This document shows, piece after piece, positions 7,910-16,707 of a DNA stretch of 36,993 nt. The notes beneath the pieces are model-generated. The model did not search any database. It was given only the letters and a program-made list of their open reading frames with translations, and was not told the origin of the DNA. The position numbers and the translations under genes are program-made. The stretch comes from an uncultured Oscillospiraceae bacterium (GTDB lineage Bacteria > Bacillota > Clostridia > Christensenellales > Aristaeellaceae). The stretch is taken from contig CAYWLE010000001.1 in assembly GCA_964458825.1 (NCBI GenBank), positions 1 through 36,993 of the forward strand, in the 5' to 3' direction. Numbering within the stretch: the first letter of the stretch is position 1; every line of letters begins with the position of its first letter.

Positions 7910-9196
7910 ATGCAGATGGAGTTTGATCTCACACCCACCCTCAGCGTCGCAGAGCTGAATGAATACGTCCGCAGGCTGCTTGCGGGCGATGTTTTGCTGC
8001 GCAGCGTCAATGTCACCGGCGAGATATCCGGCTATAAGCACCACATCAGCGGCCACCGCTATTTTTCCCTCAAGGATGATAGCGCCCGCGTCCAGTGCGT
8101 CATGTTCCGCCAGAATGGCATGAGCCTGCGCTTCGAACCAGCCGATGGCATGCGCGTCAGCGTCACAGCCTCCGCATCCATCTATCCTCGGGATGGCAGC
8201 TATCAGCTCTATGTTTCCTCCATGGAAAGGCTGGGCGTCGGCGAGCTTTACCGCCGCTTCGAGGCGCTCAAGCAGAAGCTCAGCGCCGAGGGTCTCTTCG
8301 ATCCAGCCATCAAGCAGATAATACCAGCCATGCCCCGCTGCATCGGCATCGCCACCTCCCGCACAGGCGCAGCCCTGCGGGATATGGTTCGCATCGCCAA
8401 GCGCCGCAACCCAAATGTTGCCATCATCGTGGCTCCATGCAGCGTGCAGGGCGCTGCGGCGGCGGGGGAGATCGTGGAAGCCATACAGCGCCTCAATGCC
8501 GATCCACGTCCCGAGGTCATTCTCTGCGGTCGCGGCGGCGGCTCCATCGAGGATCTATGGGCGTTCAACGAGGAGAGGGTGGCGCGAGCCATCGCATCCA
8601 GCCGCCTTCCCGTTATCTCCTGTGTCGGCCATGAAACCGACTTCACCATCGCCGATTTCGTGGCTGATATGCGCGCAGCCACGCCGTCCATGGCGGCGGA
8701 GATCGCCGTGCCGGTGCTCAGCGACCTGCGCGCAGACCTTCAAACCGCCGTACAGCGCCTGCGGGCTGCTCTGGTCAATGGCAATCGCCTGCGCCGTGCG
8801 GAGCTGAACCGCATCTGTACCCGACCGGCGCTCAGCGAACCCGAGCGTCTTCTGCTCACAGCCAGACGCGAGCGCGTGAGCAAGCTCTGGCAGCGCATCG
8901 AGACAGCCGAGATAACCAGACTCGCCAGCCTGCGCAGCCGCCTTGACCGAAGCTCCGCTAAGCTTGAGGCGCTCGACCCCGGCGGCGTGCTCAGGCGCGG
9001 CTATGCTTATGTGAGCGATGATACAGGCATCCTTTCCTGCATTGAAGGCTTCCATGCGGGGGCTAGCGTCACCATCCATATGCATGATGGCACAGCCACC
9101 GCGCAGCTGCTTCGTCGCCGAGCAAAGCCAAAGTCGCGACAGGATAAGAGCAATAACGCCGCAAAACCAGCAGAAACCATAAAAGGCAGTGATTAA
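7910..9196 (+). CDS. xseA: exodeoxyribonuclease VII large subunit
   Basis: Start chosen at ATG 7910 (MQMEFDLTPTLSVAELNEYV). The OB-fold N-terminus contains SGHRYFSLKD. The catalytic region contains GRGGGSIEDLWAFNEE. A basic C-terminal tail is present. Confidence 0.9.
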   Translation: MQMEFDLTPTLSVAELNEYVRRLLAGDVLLRSVNVTGEISGYKHHISGHRYFSLKDDSARVQCVMFRQNGMSLRFEPADGMRVSVTASASIYPRDGSYQLYVSSMERLGVGELYRRFEALKQKLSAEGLFDPAIKQIIPAMPRCIGIATSRTGAALRDMVRIAKRRNPNVAIIVAPCSVQGAAAAGEIVEAIQRLNADPRPEVILCGRGGGSIEDLWAFNEERVARAIASSRLPVISCVGHETDFTIADFVADMRAATPSMAAEIAVPVLSDLRADLQTAVQRLRAALVNGNRLRRAELNRICTRPALSEPERLLLTARRERVSKLWQRIETAEITRLASLRSRLDRSSAKLEALDPGGVLRRGYAYVSDDTGILSCIEGFHAGASVTIHMHDGTATAQLLRRRAKPKSRQDKSNNAAKPAETIKGSD

Positions 9197-9199
9197 ATC

Positions 9200-9421
9200 A
9201 TGGCAAAAAAGCTAAATTTTGAAGATGGCATGCAGGAGCTTGAGCAGCTTGCTCGCTCCCTTGAGTCCGGCGAGATGAGCCTAGAGGCGTCCTTTGCAGC
9301 CTATGAGCGTGCAATGTCGCTGAAGAAGGCGCTGGAAAAGCTGCTGGACGAGGGCGATGAAAAGATACGCCTCCTCACCGCTGCGGGCGAGGAGGAGCTT
9401 GATTCGGAGGATATCAAATGA
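9200..9421 (+). CDS. xseB: exodeoxyribonuclease VII small subunit
   Basis: 73 aa reading FEDGMQELEQLARSLESGEMSLEASFAAYERAMSL. Adjacent to xseA. Confidence 0.85.
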   Translation: MAKKLNFEDGMQELEQLARSLESGEMSLEASFAAYERAMSLKKALEKLLDEGDEKIRLLTAAGEEELDSEDIK

Positions 9422-10323
9422 ACACGCTGAAGGAATATGCTTCTCTGGTGAATGCACGTCTGGAAACCATCTTTCCCAGCCAGATTGAAAACCACTTTGT
9501 CGAGGGCGGTATACCCGAGCTGCTCTCCCGATCCATGAATTATTCTCTCCTCGCCGGGGGCAAGCGCCTGCGCCCGAGCATGCTGCTCGCCGCTGTGGAT
9601 ATGCTCTCGGGGGATGTTCAGGCGGCGCTGGATTATGCCTGCGCCGTGGAGATGATCCATAGCTATTCCCTCATTCATGACGACCTGCCCGGCATGGACG
9701 ACGATACCCTCCGCCGCGGCCGTCCAACCAACCATGTGGTCTTCGGCGTGGGACAGGCGATCCTTGCCGGCGACGGCCTGCTCAATGCCGCCTACGAGCT
9801 GATGTTTGCCGCCGCCCTGCGCCACCCTGCCGGTGCTGAGGCTGCCCTCAGAGCCATTCAGGAGATCGCCACCGGAGCTGGCGTAAGCGGCATGATCGCC
9901 GGTCAGGTGCTGGATCTTTTCTGCGAGCATAACCAGCTTGCCAGCGAGGCTGCCCTCAGCTTCATCCAGCGTGATAAGACGGCGTGCATGTTCATCTATC
10001 CGCTGCGTGCGGCGGGCAGGCTCTGCGGCGCAGATGAGGCGCAGCTTGCCGCCCTCCACCGCTATGGCGAGGCGTTTGGCAGGCTCTTTCAGGCAACCGA
10101 CGACCTGCTGGACGTCACTGGCGACGTTGCCTCCATGGGCAAGACCCTCGGCAAGGATGCCCAGCAGGGCAAGCTCACCATGGTTTCCCTCTATGGCGTG
10201 GAGGGCGCCCGCGCCGCCATTGCCGAGCAGCTTGCCATCGCCAACGAAGCGCTTGCTTCCTTCGGCAGCCAAGCCGGCTTCTTCAGGGAGCTTGTCGCCG
10301 CCATGGTTGACCGCGTCAGCTGA
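9418..10323 (+). CDS. ispA: polyprenyl (farnesyl/geranylgeranyl) diphosphate synthase
   Basis: First Asp-rich motif is LIHDDLPGMDDDTLRRG and the second is FQATDDLLD. ATGA overlap with xseB. Confidence 0.85.
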   Translation: MNTLKEYASLVNARLETIFPSQIENHFVEGGIPELLSRSMNYSLLAGGKRLRPSMLLAAVDMLSGDVQAALDYACAVEMIHSYSLIHDDLPGMDDDTLRRGRPTNHVVFGVGQAILAGDGLLNAAYELMFAAALRHPAGAEAALRAIQEIATGAGVSGMIAGQVLDLFCEHNQLASEAALSFIQRDKTACMFIYPLRAAGRLCGADEAQLAALHRYGEAFGRLFQATDDLLDVTGDVASMGKTLGKDAQQGKLTMVSLYGVEGARAAIAEQLAIANEALASFGSQAGFFRELVAAMVDRVS

Positions 10324-10373
10324 GCCAAGCCGGCGGCACTGCAAAAAACATTGTTCAACAGAGGTCAATACGA

Positions 10374-12299
10374 ATGTTGAAGGAACTTACCGGCCCCGAG
10401 CAGCTCAAAGCCATGTCCATACAGGAGCTGCAAAGCCTCGCGGAGGAGATTCGCCGCGAGCTGATCTCCGCCGTTTCTGAAACCGGCGGTCATCTGGCTT
10501 CTAACCTCGGCATTGTGGAGCTTACCATCGCCATGCACCGCGTATTCAACTGCCCGGAGGATAAATTCATCTTCGATGTGGGTCACCAGAGCTACGTGCA
10601 TAAGATGCTCACCGGCCGCTTCGATCGCCTCCATACCCTCCGCCAGCAGGGCGGCCTGTCCGGCTTTCCCAATCCTGATGAAAGCCCCTGCGATACCTTC
10701 GTCGCCGGCCATGCCTCCACGGCCATCTCCGCCGCGCTGGGCATTGCCCGCACGAGGGATGTTATGGGCGGGGAGAACCGCGTCGTTGCCGTGGTTGGCG
10801 ATGGAGCGCTCACCGGCGGCATGTGCTATGAGGCATTGAATGATGCGGGTCAGTCCGGCACCCCCATGATCGTCATTCTCAATGATAACGAGATGTCCAT
10901 CTCCCGCAATGTCGGCGCTCTCAGCCGCCACCTGAGCGGCATGCGCCAGTCCAAGCGCTATGTTCGCGTCAAGAGCGCCGTCCGCAGCGCCATCGAGTCC
11001 ATACCCGCCATCGGCGGCCCCATGGCAAAGCTGCTCGCACGCCTCAAGGATGCGGTGAAGGCGCTCTTTATCGAGGATCGCTTCTTTGCCGCCCTCGGCT
11101 TTACCTATATCGGCCCCGTCGATGGTCACGATATCAGACAGCTCATCCGCGTATTCAACCGAACCAAGGATGACCGCCGCCCCGTGCTCATCCACGTATG
11201 CACCCAGAAGGGTCGTGGCTACCGCCCCGCCGAGAACCACCCGGATACCTACCATGGCGTGGCTCCCTTTTATATCGAGTCGGGAGCCAGCCGTAGCGCA
11301 GGGGAGGAGGTTTCCTGCGGTCGCATCGTCGCCCGCCAGCTTGCCGAAATGGCGCAGAGCGATATCCGCATCTGTGCCGTGTCCGCAGCCATGCCCATCG
11401 GCACCGGCATGGTGGAGTTCCAGCAGGCGCATCCCGACCGCTTCTTTGATGTGGGCATCGCCGAGGAGCATGCCGTCACCATGGCGGCGGGCATGGCGTC
11501 GGCAGGCATGAAGCCCTATGTCGCCATCTATTCCACCTTCCTCCAGCGCGCATACGATCAGGTTCTCAATGATGTATGCCGCTGCAGCCTGCCCGTCACC
11601 TTCCTGCTGGATCGTGCGGGCTTTGCCGGTCAGGATGGCAAGACCCATCAGGGGCTTTTTGATCTATCCTACCTGCGCAGCATGCCGGGCATGGTGGTCG
11701 CCGCGCCGAGGGACGTGCGCGACCTGAAGAAGCTCATTGATCTCAGCGCCAGCCTCAGCACCCCCATGGCGATACGCTATCCAAGGGACGGCGTGGATCT
11801 CGGCCCCGGTCTTGCCGCCCAGCAGCCCATTGCCCTCGGTCAGTGGGAACTGTTGAGCGATGGCGAGGACGTAATGCTCTACGCCGCAGGTTCAATGGTG
11901 CAGCTCGCCATGCAGACAGCCATCGAGCTGATGGGCAAGGGGATCCGCGCTGGCGTGACCGACGCCCGCTTCATTAAGCCCATGGATGAAGCTCTGCTCT
12001 GCTCCACGGCCAGCCGGGTGAAGCTCGCCGTCACGCTTGAGGAAAATACCCTCTGCGGCGGTCTTGGCGAGGGCGTGGGCAGGCTGCTTGCTGAAAACGG
12101 CATATCCACGCGCCTTGTCAGCATTGGCGCGCCGGATCGCTTCGTTTCCCACGCCACCGTCGCCCAGCAGCGGGAGGACTGCGGCATGAGCGTTTCCGCC
12201 GTCGCCCAGCGCGTGGAGAAGGCTCTGAAGCAGCTTGTTCCAGCAGCCAAACCAGATGAAGCCAGCCAAACCAAAGCAGAAAACGGAGGACAAGCATGA
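10374..12299 (+). CDS. dxs: 1-deoxy-D-xylulose-5-phosphate synthase
   Basis: 641 aa containing GGHLASNLGIVELT, the TPP motif GDGALTGGMCYEALN and IAEEHAVTMAAGMA. Confidence 0.92.
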   Translation: MLKELTGPEQLKAMSIQELQSLAEEIRRELISAVSETGGHLASNLGIVELTIAMHRVFNCPEDKFIFDVGHQSYVHKMLTGRFDRLHTLRQQGGLSGFPNPDESPCDTFVAGHASTAISAALGIARTRDVMGGENRVVAVVGDGALTGGMCYEALNDAGQSGTPMIVILNDNEMSISRNVGALSRHLSGMRQSKRYVRVKSAVRSAIESIPAIGGPMAKLLARLKDAVKALFIEDRFFAALGFTYIGPVDGHDIRQLIRVFNRTKDDRRPVLIHVCTQKGRGYRPAENHPDTYHGVAPFYIESGASRSAGEEVSCGRIVARQLAEMAQSDIRICAVSAAMPIGTGMVEFQQAHPDRFFDVGIAEEHAVTMAAGMASAGMKPYVAIYSTFLQRAYDQVLNDVCRCSLPVTFLLDRAGFAGQDGKTHQGLFDLSYLRSMPGMVVAAPRDVRDLKKLIDLSASLSTPMAIRYPRDGVDLGPGLAAQQPIALGQWELLSDGEDVMLYAAGSMVQLAMQTAIELMGKGIRAGVTDARFIKPMDEALLCSTASRVKLAVTLEENTLCGGLGEGVGRLLAENGISTRLVSIGAPDRFVSHATVAQQREDCGMSVSAVAQRVEKALKQLVPAAKPDEASQTKAENGGQA

Positions 12300-13111
12300 A
12301 GCGCAGGCGTGCCGATACGGCTCTCTACGATGATCTCAACCTTGAATCCATCGCCTTGGCAAAGGCGCTCATCATGGAGGGCAGGGTCATGATCGGCGAC
12401 CGGAAGATACTCAGCCCCGCCGAGTGGGTTAAGGATGGCGAGCAGCTGCGGGTTCGCGGCGCGCTGGATAAGTATGTCAGCCGCGGCGCACACAAGCTCA
12501 GGCGGGCGCTGGAGGTCTTCTCCATCGATCTTGCGGGCAAGACCTGCGTGGATGTGGGCGCGTCCACCGGCGGCTTTACAGACGTCATGCTCCGCGCCGG
12601 AGCCGGGCATGTTTACTGCGTGGATGTGGGCTATAACCTGCTGGATTATAAGATACGCAGCGATCCTCGGGTCACAGCCCTTGAGCGAACCAACGCCCGC
12701 TTTCTGACCGCCGAGCACTTTCCCGTGGCTCCAGAGTTTGGCGCGACGGACGTTTCCTTCATCTCCCTCAAGGCCGTGTTGCCCGCCGTGCTGCCACTGC
12801 TCACTGGCAGGCGGGAGTTCGTGGCACTCATCAAGCCGCAGTTCGAGGCAGCCAAGGAGGATGTGGGGGAGAGGGGCGTGGTCACGGATCGCCGCGTTCA
12901 CCTCAGCGTGCTGATGGATATCCTCTCCTTCGTGCCGAGCACGGGCTTCGTGGCTGCGGGGCTGGATTATTCACCCATCCGCGGCCCCGAGGGCAATATC
13001 GAATTTCTGCTGCACCTGCTGCCCGCCGATGCAGCCGGGAGCCTGAGCCTGCCGCAGCTGGGGGAAGCACAAGTAAATGACATAATTTCGTTGGCTTATG
13101 ACAAAATTTAG
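12296..13111 (+). CDS. tlyA: TlyA-family rRNA 2'-O-methyltransferase (S4 + FtsJ domains)
   Basis: The SAM motif is CVDVGASTGGFTD. YVSRGAHKL and KPQFEA are also present. ATGA overlap with dxs. Confidence 0.85.
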   Translation: MKRRRADTALYDDLNLESIALAKALIMEGRVMIGDRKILSPAEWVKDGEQLRVRGALDKYVSRGAHKLRRALEVFSIDLAGKTCVDVGASTGGFTDVMLRAGAGHVYCVDVGYNLLDYKIRSDPRVTALERTNARFLTAEHFPVAPEFGATDVSFISLKAVLPAVLPLLTGRREFVALIKPQFEAAKEDVGERGVVTDRRVHLSVLMDILSFVPSTGFVAAGLDYSPIRGPEGNIEFLLHLLPADAAGSLSLPQLGEAQVNDIISLAYDKI

Positions 13112-13129
13112 AAATCGTGCTGTTGGGGC

Positions 13130-13157
13130 TTGTAAGTTTGTCGTTCTTTGGTATAGT
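13130..13157 (+). promoter_or_regulatory. candidate sigma-A promoter for nadK-argR-recN (TTGTAA-16 nt-TATAGT)
   Basis: Hexamers lie at 13130-13135 and 13152-13157 in the 72-nt tlyA-nadK spacer. Confidence 0.4.
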
Positions 13158-13183
13158 AGATATATGGACGTGAGGTGATCCGC

Positions 13184-14032
13184 ATGAAATTTCGCCGTGT
13201 TGGCATCGTCTGGAATTCTTCCAAGCGTGTCGGCTACGATATTGCATGCGAGCTGAAGCAACTGCTGGACGAATACAATATATCGATCACAACGGGCGTA
13301 AAGCTTGCCCATGCCCTCGGCAGCCCGGAGCTTGCCGAAGGCAGGCTGGAGGATTGCGACCTGCTGATGGTGCTGGGTGGAGACGGCACCATCCTTTCCG
13401 CATTGGATTATGCCGTTCCCGCAAGCATCCCCATCCTTGGCATCAATTTAGGTCGGCTTGGCTTCCTTACGGAGGTTGACCCAAGCAGCCTGCGGCAGGA
13501 TGTGGTGGATGTGCTTGAGGGGCGCTATAGCCTTGATCCGCGCATCGTAATGCGGCTGGAGGGTTACGACGATCATAGCATATTTGCGCTCAACGAAATC
13601 GTCGTCAGGCGATCCACGCCTGATGTATGCGTTTTGTCCCTTGAGATCGAAGTAAATGGGATCGTGGTGGATCGTGTATCTGGCGATGGCTTGATCGTAG
13701 CCAGCGCCACTGGCTCGACCGCCTATTCCCTGTCTGCCGGCGGGCCCATCATAAGACCCGGTCTGGATTGCTGTGTCATTACGCCGATCTGCCCGCACAC
13801 GATGAATGCCCGTCCGGTGGTCGTATCCTCAAATGATGCGATAACGATTCGTGTGCTGGATGATCGCGGAGGCGCGCATGCGGTGCTGGACGGCCGAAAG
13901 AAGGTCGGCTTTGCGCCGGGTCATCCGGGGGTCACCATCCGTCGATCGGATCTGAAGGCTCAGTTCATTCGCCTTCACGATCGCAATTATTTCAGCTTGC
14001 TGCGGGACAAGCTCTCTGAATGGACACATTGA
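13184..14032 (+). CDS. nadK: NAD kinase
   Basis: Start chosen at ATG 13184 (GAGGTG RBS). Motifs seen are GGDGT, NLGRLGFL and ASATGSTAYSLSAGGPI. Confidence 0.88.
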   Translation: MKFRRVGIVWNSSKRVGYDIACELKQLLDEYNISITTGVKLAHALGSPELAEGRLEDCDLLMVLGGDGTILSALDYAVPASIPILGINLGRLGFLTEVDPSSLRQDVVDVLEGRYSLDPRIVMRLEGYDDHSIFALNEIVVRRSTPDVCVLSLEIEVNGIVVDRVSGDGLIVASATGSTAYSLSAGGPIIRPGLDCCVITPICPHTMNARPVVVSSNDAITIRVLDDRGGAHAVLDGRKKVGFAPGHPGVTIRRSDLKAQFIRLHDRNYFSLLRDKLSEWTH

Positions 14033-14073
14033 AACTCTGCAATTCCCGAGCAGAGCAGGAGGAAGAACCGGAC

Positions 14074-14529
14074 ATGAAAACTGCGCGCCACAACCTGATA
14101 CTGGAAATCATCGAGGATAAAGACATCGAAACGCAAGAAGAGCTTGCCGAAGAGCTCAAGAACCACGGTGTGAAGGTCACGCAGGCCACCGTCTCCCGGG
14201 ATATCAAGGAGCTGCGCCTCCTCAAGGTGCTCTCTGAAAACGGCGGCTATAAGTATGCCACTGTGGAACGGGCGGAAAAGGGGCTCAACGATCGCTTTAT
14301 CCGCATCCTCACCGAGTCCATCATCTCCATGGAATGCGTCGGCAACCTGATGGTTATCAAGACCCTCTCCGCCAGCGCAAATGCAGCCTGCGAGGCCATC
14401 GATTCCATGAAGTGGAATGAGGTTCTCGGCACCATCGCCGGCGATAATACCCTTCTTATCATCGGCCGTTCCCCCGAAGCCATCGATACCATCCAGCAGC
14501 GCTTCAATAGCCTCATCAAGCGCGGCTGA
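14074..14529 (+). CDS. argR: arginine repressor
   Basis: Start chosen at ATG 14074 (AGGAGGAAG RBS). The winged-helix N-terminus reads RHNLILEIIEDKDIETQEELAEELK..VTQATVSRDIKEL. The C-terminus contains GTIAGDNT. Confidence 0.88.
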   Translation: MKTARHNLILEIIEDKDIETQEELAEELKNHGVKVTQATVSRDIKELRLLKVLSENGGYKYATVERAEKGLNDRFIRILTESIISMECVGNLMVIKTLSASANAACEAIDSMKWNEVLGTIAGDNTLLIIGRSPEAIDTIQQRFNSLIKRG

Positions 14530-14604
14530 CCCGGCCTCGGCTAACCACCACCCATAACCAACCACGACTCAGCCATCCCCCCACGGAAGGGGAGGTAGAT
14601 CAGC

Positions 14605-16299
14605 ATGCTTCTGGAACTGACAATCAAAAATATCGCCCTCATTGAATCGCTGCGCATCGAATTTGCTCAGGGATTCAATGTGCTTACGGGTGAAACGGGC
14701 GCGGGCAAGTCCATCGTCGTCGATAGCGTAAACCTTGCCCTCGGCGGTCGGGCAGATCGGGATATGATTCGCACCGGCGCGGATAAGGGCGGCGTGCAGG
14801 CCGTCTTCGATATTGCAGATAACCCGGCCGCCCTCGCCATGGCGGAGGAACTCGGCGTCGATGCAGACGGCGGGCTCGTTTCCGTTACCCGCGAGCTTAG
14901 CCGCAGCGGCCGCAATATCTGCCGCATCTCCGGCGTGTTGCTGCCCCTATCAGCCCTAAAGCAGTTCACTGCCCTTCTCGTGGATGTCCACGGTCAGCAT
15001 GAGCATCAGGCGCTCATGGATCCTAAGCGCCATATGGCGTTCCTCGATGCCTTCGGCGAAGAGCCGCATCGCTCAGCTATCTCCGCCGTCCGCGAGGCGC
15101 ATGCCCAGCGCGCAGCCACAGCCAGCCAGCTCCGCAGGCTCCTTAGGGATGCCTCCGAAAAGGAGCGCCTTATCGATACCCTTCGCTATCAGACACAGGA
15201 GATATCCGCCGCCCGCCTCAAGCCCGGCGAGGAGGAAAAGCTGGAAAAGAAGCTGCGTATGCTGGAAAATGCCGAGCGCGTCCGCACGGGCGTGGAGGAG
15301 GCATATGCCCTCACCTATGGCGGCGGTCGCGGCATGAGCGCTCAGGAGGCGCTCGTCCGTGCCAGCGCAGCCCTCGAAGCCATCTCCAGCCTTGACCCAC
15401 GCTTCCAGAAGCTCGCCGGCGAGCTTAAGTCCCTCTATTATGGCGTGCAGGATGCCGGCGTGCAGCTTCAGGCGCTCAATGAGGAAATGAACTTCGATCC
15501 CCGCCTCATGGATAAGATATCCGAGCGGCTCGACCTCATCTCCCGTCTGGAGCGCAAATATGGCTCCACCGAGGAGGAGGTCATCGCATTCGGCGAGCAG
15601 GCAAAGGCTCGCCTCAGTGAGATCGAAACCGGCGAGGAGCAGATACTTGCCCTCAAGCGGCAGCTCAAGGCGGAGGATAGGGCGCTCAGAGCCGCCTGCG
15701 ATGCGCTCAGCCAATCCAGACATGCCCTCGCCAGCGAGCTGGAGCAGGGCATCCTCGCACAGCTGAGCGACCTCGGCATGGCTCGCACCCGCTTCTCGGT
15801 TAGCTTCGTCCCTCTGGATAAACCAACCGCAGATGGAGCTGAAGCCATTGAGTTCCTCATTGCACCCAACCCCGGCGAACCGCTCAAGCCTCTGGCGTCC
15901 ATCGCCTCCGGCGGCGAGCTTTCCCGCATGATGCTTGCTCTCAAGGCGCTGGCGCTGGATCGCGGCGGCGTGGATTCCATGATCTTCGATGAAATCGATA
16001 CCGGCGTGTCCGGCCGCATGGCGCAGGTCGTGGGGGAGAAGATGCAGCAGATCGCCGCCAAGAAGCAGGTGCTCTGCGTCACCCACCTGCCCCAGATCGC
16101 CGCGCTGGGCGACTGCCACTTCCGCGTGGAAAAGCATACCGATGGCGAGCGCACCCAAACCAACGTGGTTCGGCTCGATCGCGACGGACGCATCCACGAA
16201 TTGTCGCGGCTCGTCGGCGGCGCAGAGGATAGCCAAAGCTCCCTCAGCCATGCCGCCCATATGCTCGATCAGGCACGCCGTCCAGCCAAGCAGAGCTAA
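14605..16299 (+). CDS. recN: DNA repair protein RecN
   Basis: 564 aa with Walker A GETGAGKS, a long coiled-coil middle, the signature SGGELSRMMLALK and Walker B MIFDEIDTGVSG. Confidence 0.92.
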   Translation: MLLELTIKNIALIESLRIEFAQGFNVLTGETGAGKSIVVDSVNLALGGRADRDMIRTGADKGGVQAVFDIADNPAALAMAEELGVDADGGLVSVTRELSRSGRNICRISGVLLPLSALKQFTALLVDVHGQHEHQALMDPKRHMAFLDAFGEEPHRSAISAVREAHAQRAATASQLRRLLRDASEKERLIDTLRYQTQEISAARLKPGEEEKLEKKLRMLENAERVRTGVEEAYALTYGGGRGMSAQEALVRASAALEAISSLDPRFQKLAGELKSLYYGVQDAGVQLQALNEEMNFDPRLMDKISERLDLISRLERKYGSTEEEVIAFGEQAKARLSEIETGEEQILALKRQLKAEDRALRAACDALSQSRHALASELEQGILAQLSDLGMARTRFSVSFVPLDKPTADGAEAIEFLIAPNPGEPLKPLASIASGGELSRMMLALKALALDRGGVDSMIFDEIDTGVSGRMAQVVGEKMQQIAAKKQVLCVTHLPQIAALGDCHFRVEKHTDGERTQTNVVRLDRDGRIHELSRLVGGAEDSQSSLSHAAHMLDQARRPAKQS

Positions 16300-16329
16300 T
16301 AATGTAAATCTGATGTTAATTTAGACAAA

Positions 16330-16366
16330 GACCCGCAGTGCAGCCACGCATTACGGGTCTTTTTTG
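16330..16366 (+). terminator. rho-independent terminator after recN
   Basis: GACCCG (16330-16335) pairs with CGGGTC (16354-16359). TTTTTT follows. Confidence 0.8.
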
Positions 16367-16403
16367 CTGCCTTTTTGCAGCCAAACCACCCATTTAGCTG
16401 CGT

Positions 16404-16424
16404 TTAGACCAACCACAGACCAAT
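16404..16424 (+). repeat. two tandem 11-nt units containing AGACCAA (TTTAGACCAAC CACAGACCAAT)
   Basis: Read directly. The same unit recurs in three tandem copies at 33677-33709. Confidence 0.6.
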
Positions 16425-16707
16425 GTCCCATTTTCATCACATGGCTGAATTTGCGTAAATTTTGTGCATCCTGCTAATATTGTTGAGACATGCACAGCAT
16501 AATGTAATAATTTTGTGGTTCATTAAGCCTATACAAAGCGTTCATCAGTTGATAAAGCTCTTGATTTATAATCCAAGTATATTATGACTAATGTTCGGCT
16601 GATCCAGCGCCTTGATGCAGACCATTTGCAACGAAAAAAACGCTGAAAACCGATCCGAGCGGAGCAAAAAGCCATACAATGACCAATAGAAAGAGCCTAA
16701 AAGCCAA

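Noticed and set aside
9301-11648. 355-aa and 427-aa - strand ORFs opposite ispA and dxs
   Set aside because: They are antisense to unmistakable IspA (DDxxD motifs) and Dxs (TPP motif) frames.
15073-16260. 395-aa - strand ORF opposite recN
   Set aside because: It is antisense to RecN, which carries Walker A/B and the signature motif.
16370-16707. Promoter or small gene in the long recN-sensor spacer (TATAAT at 16567-16572, several TTGAxx hexamers)
   Set aside because: None of the -35/-10 pairs has a 16-18 nt spacing. No ORF with an RBS is present.
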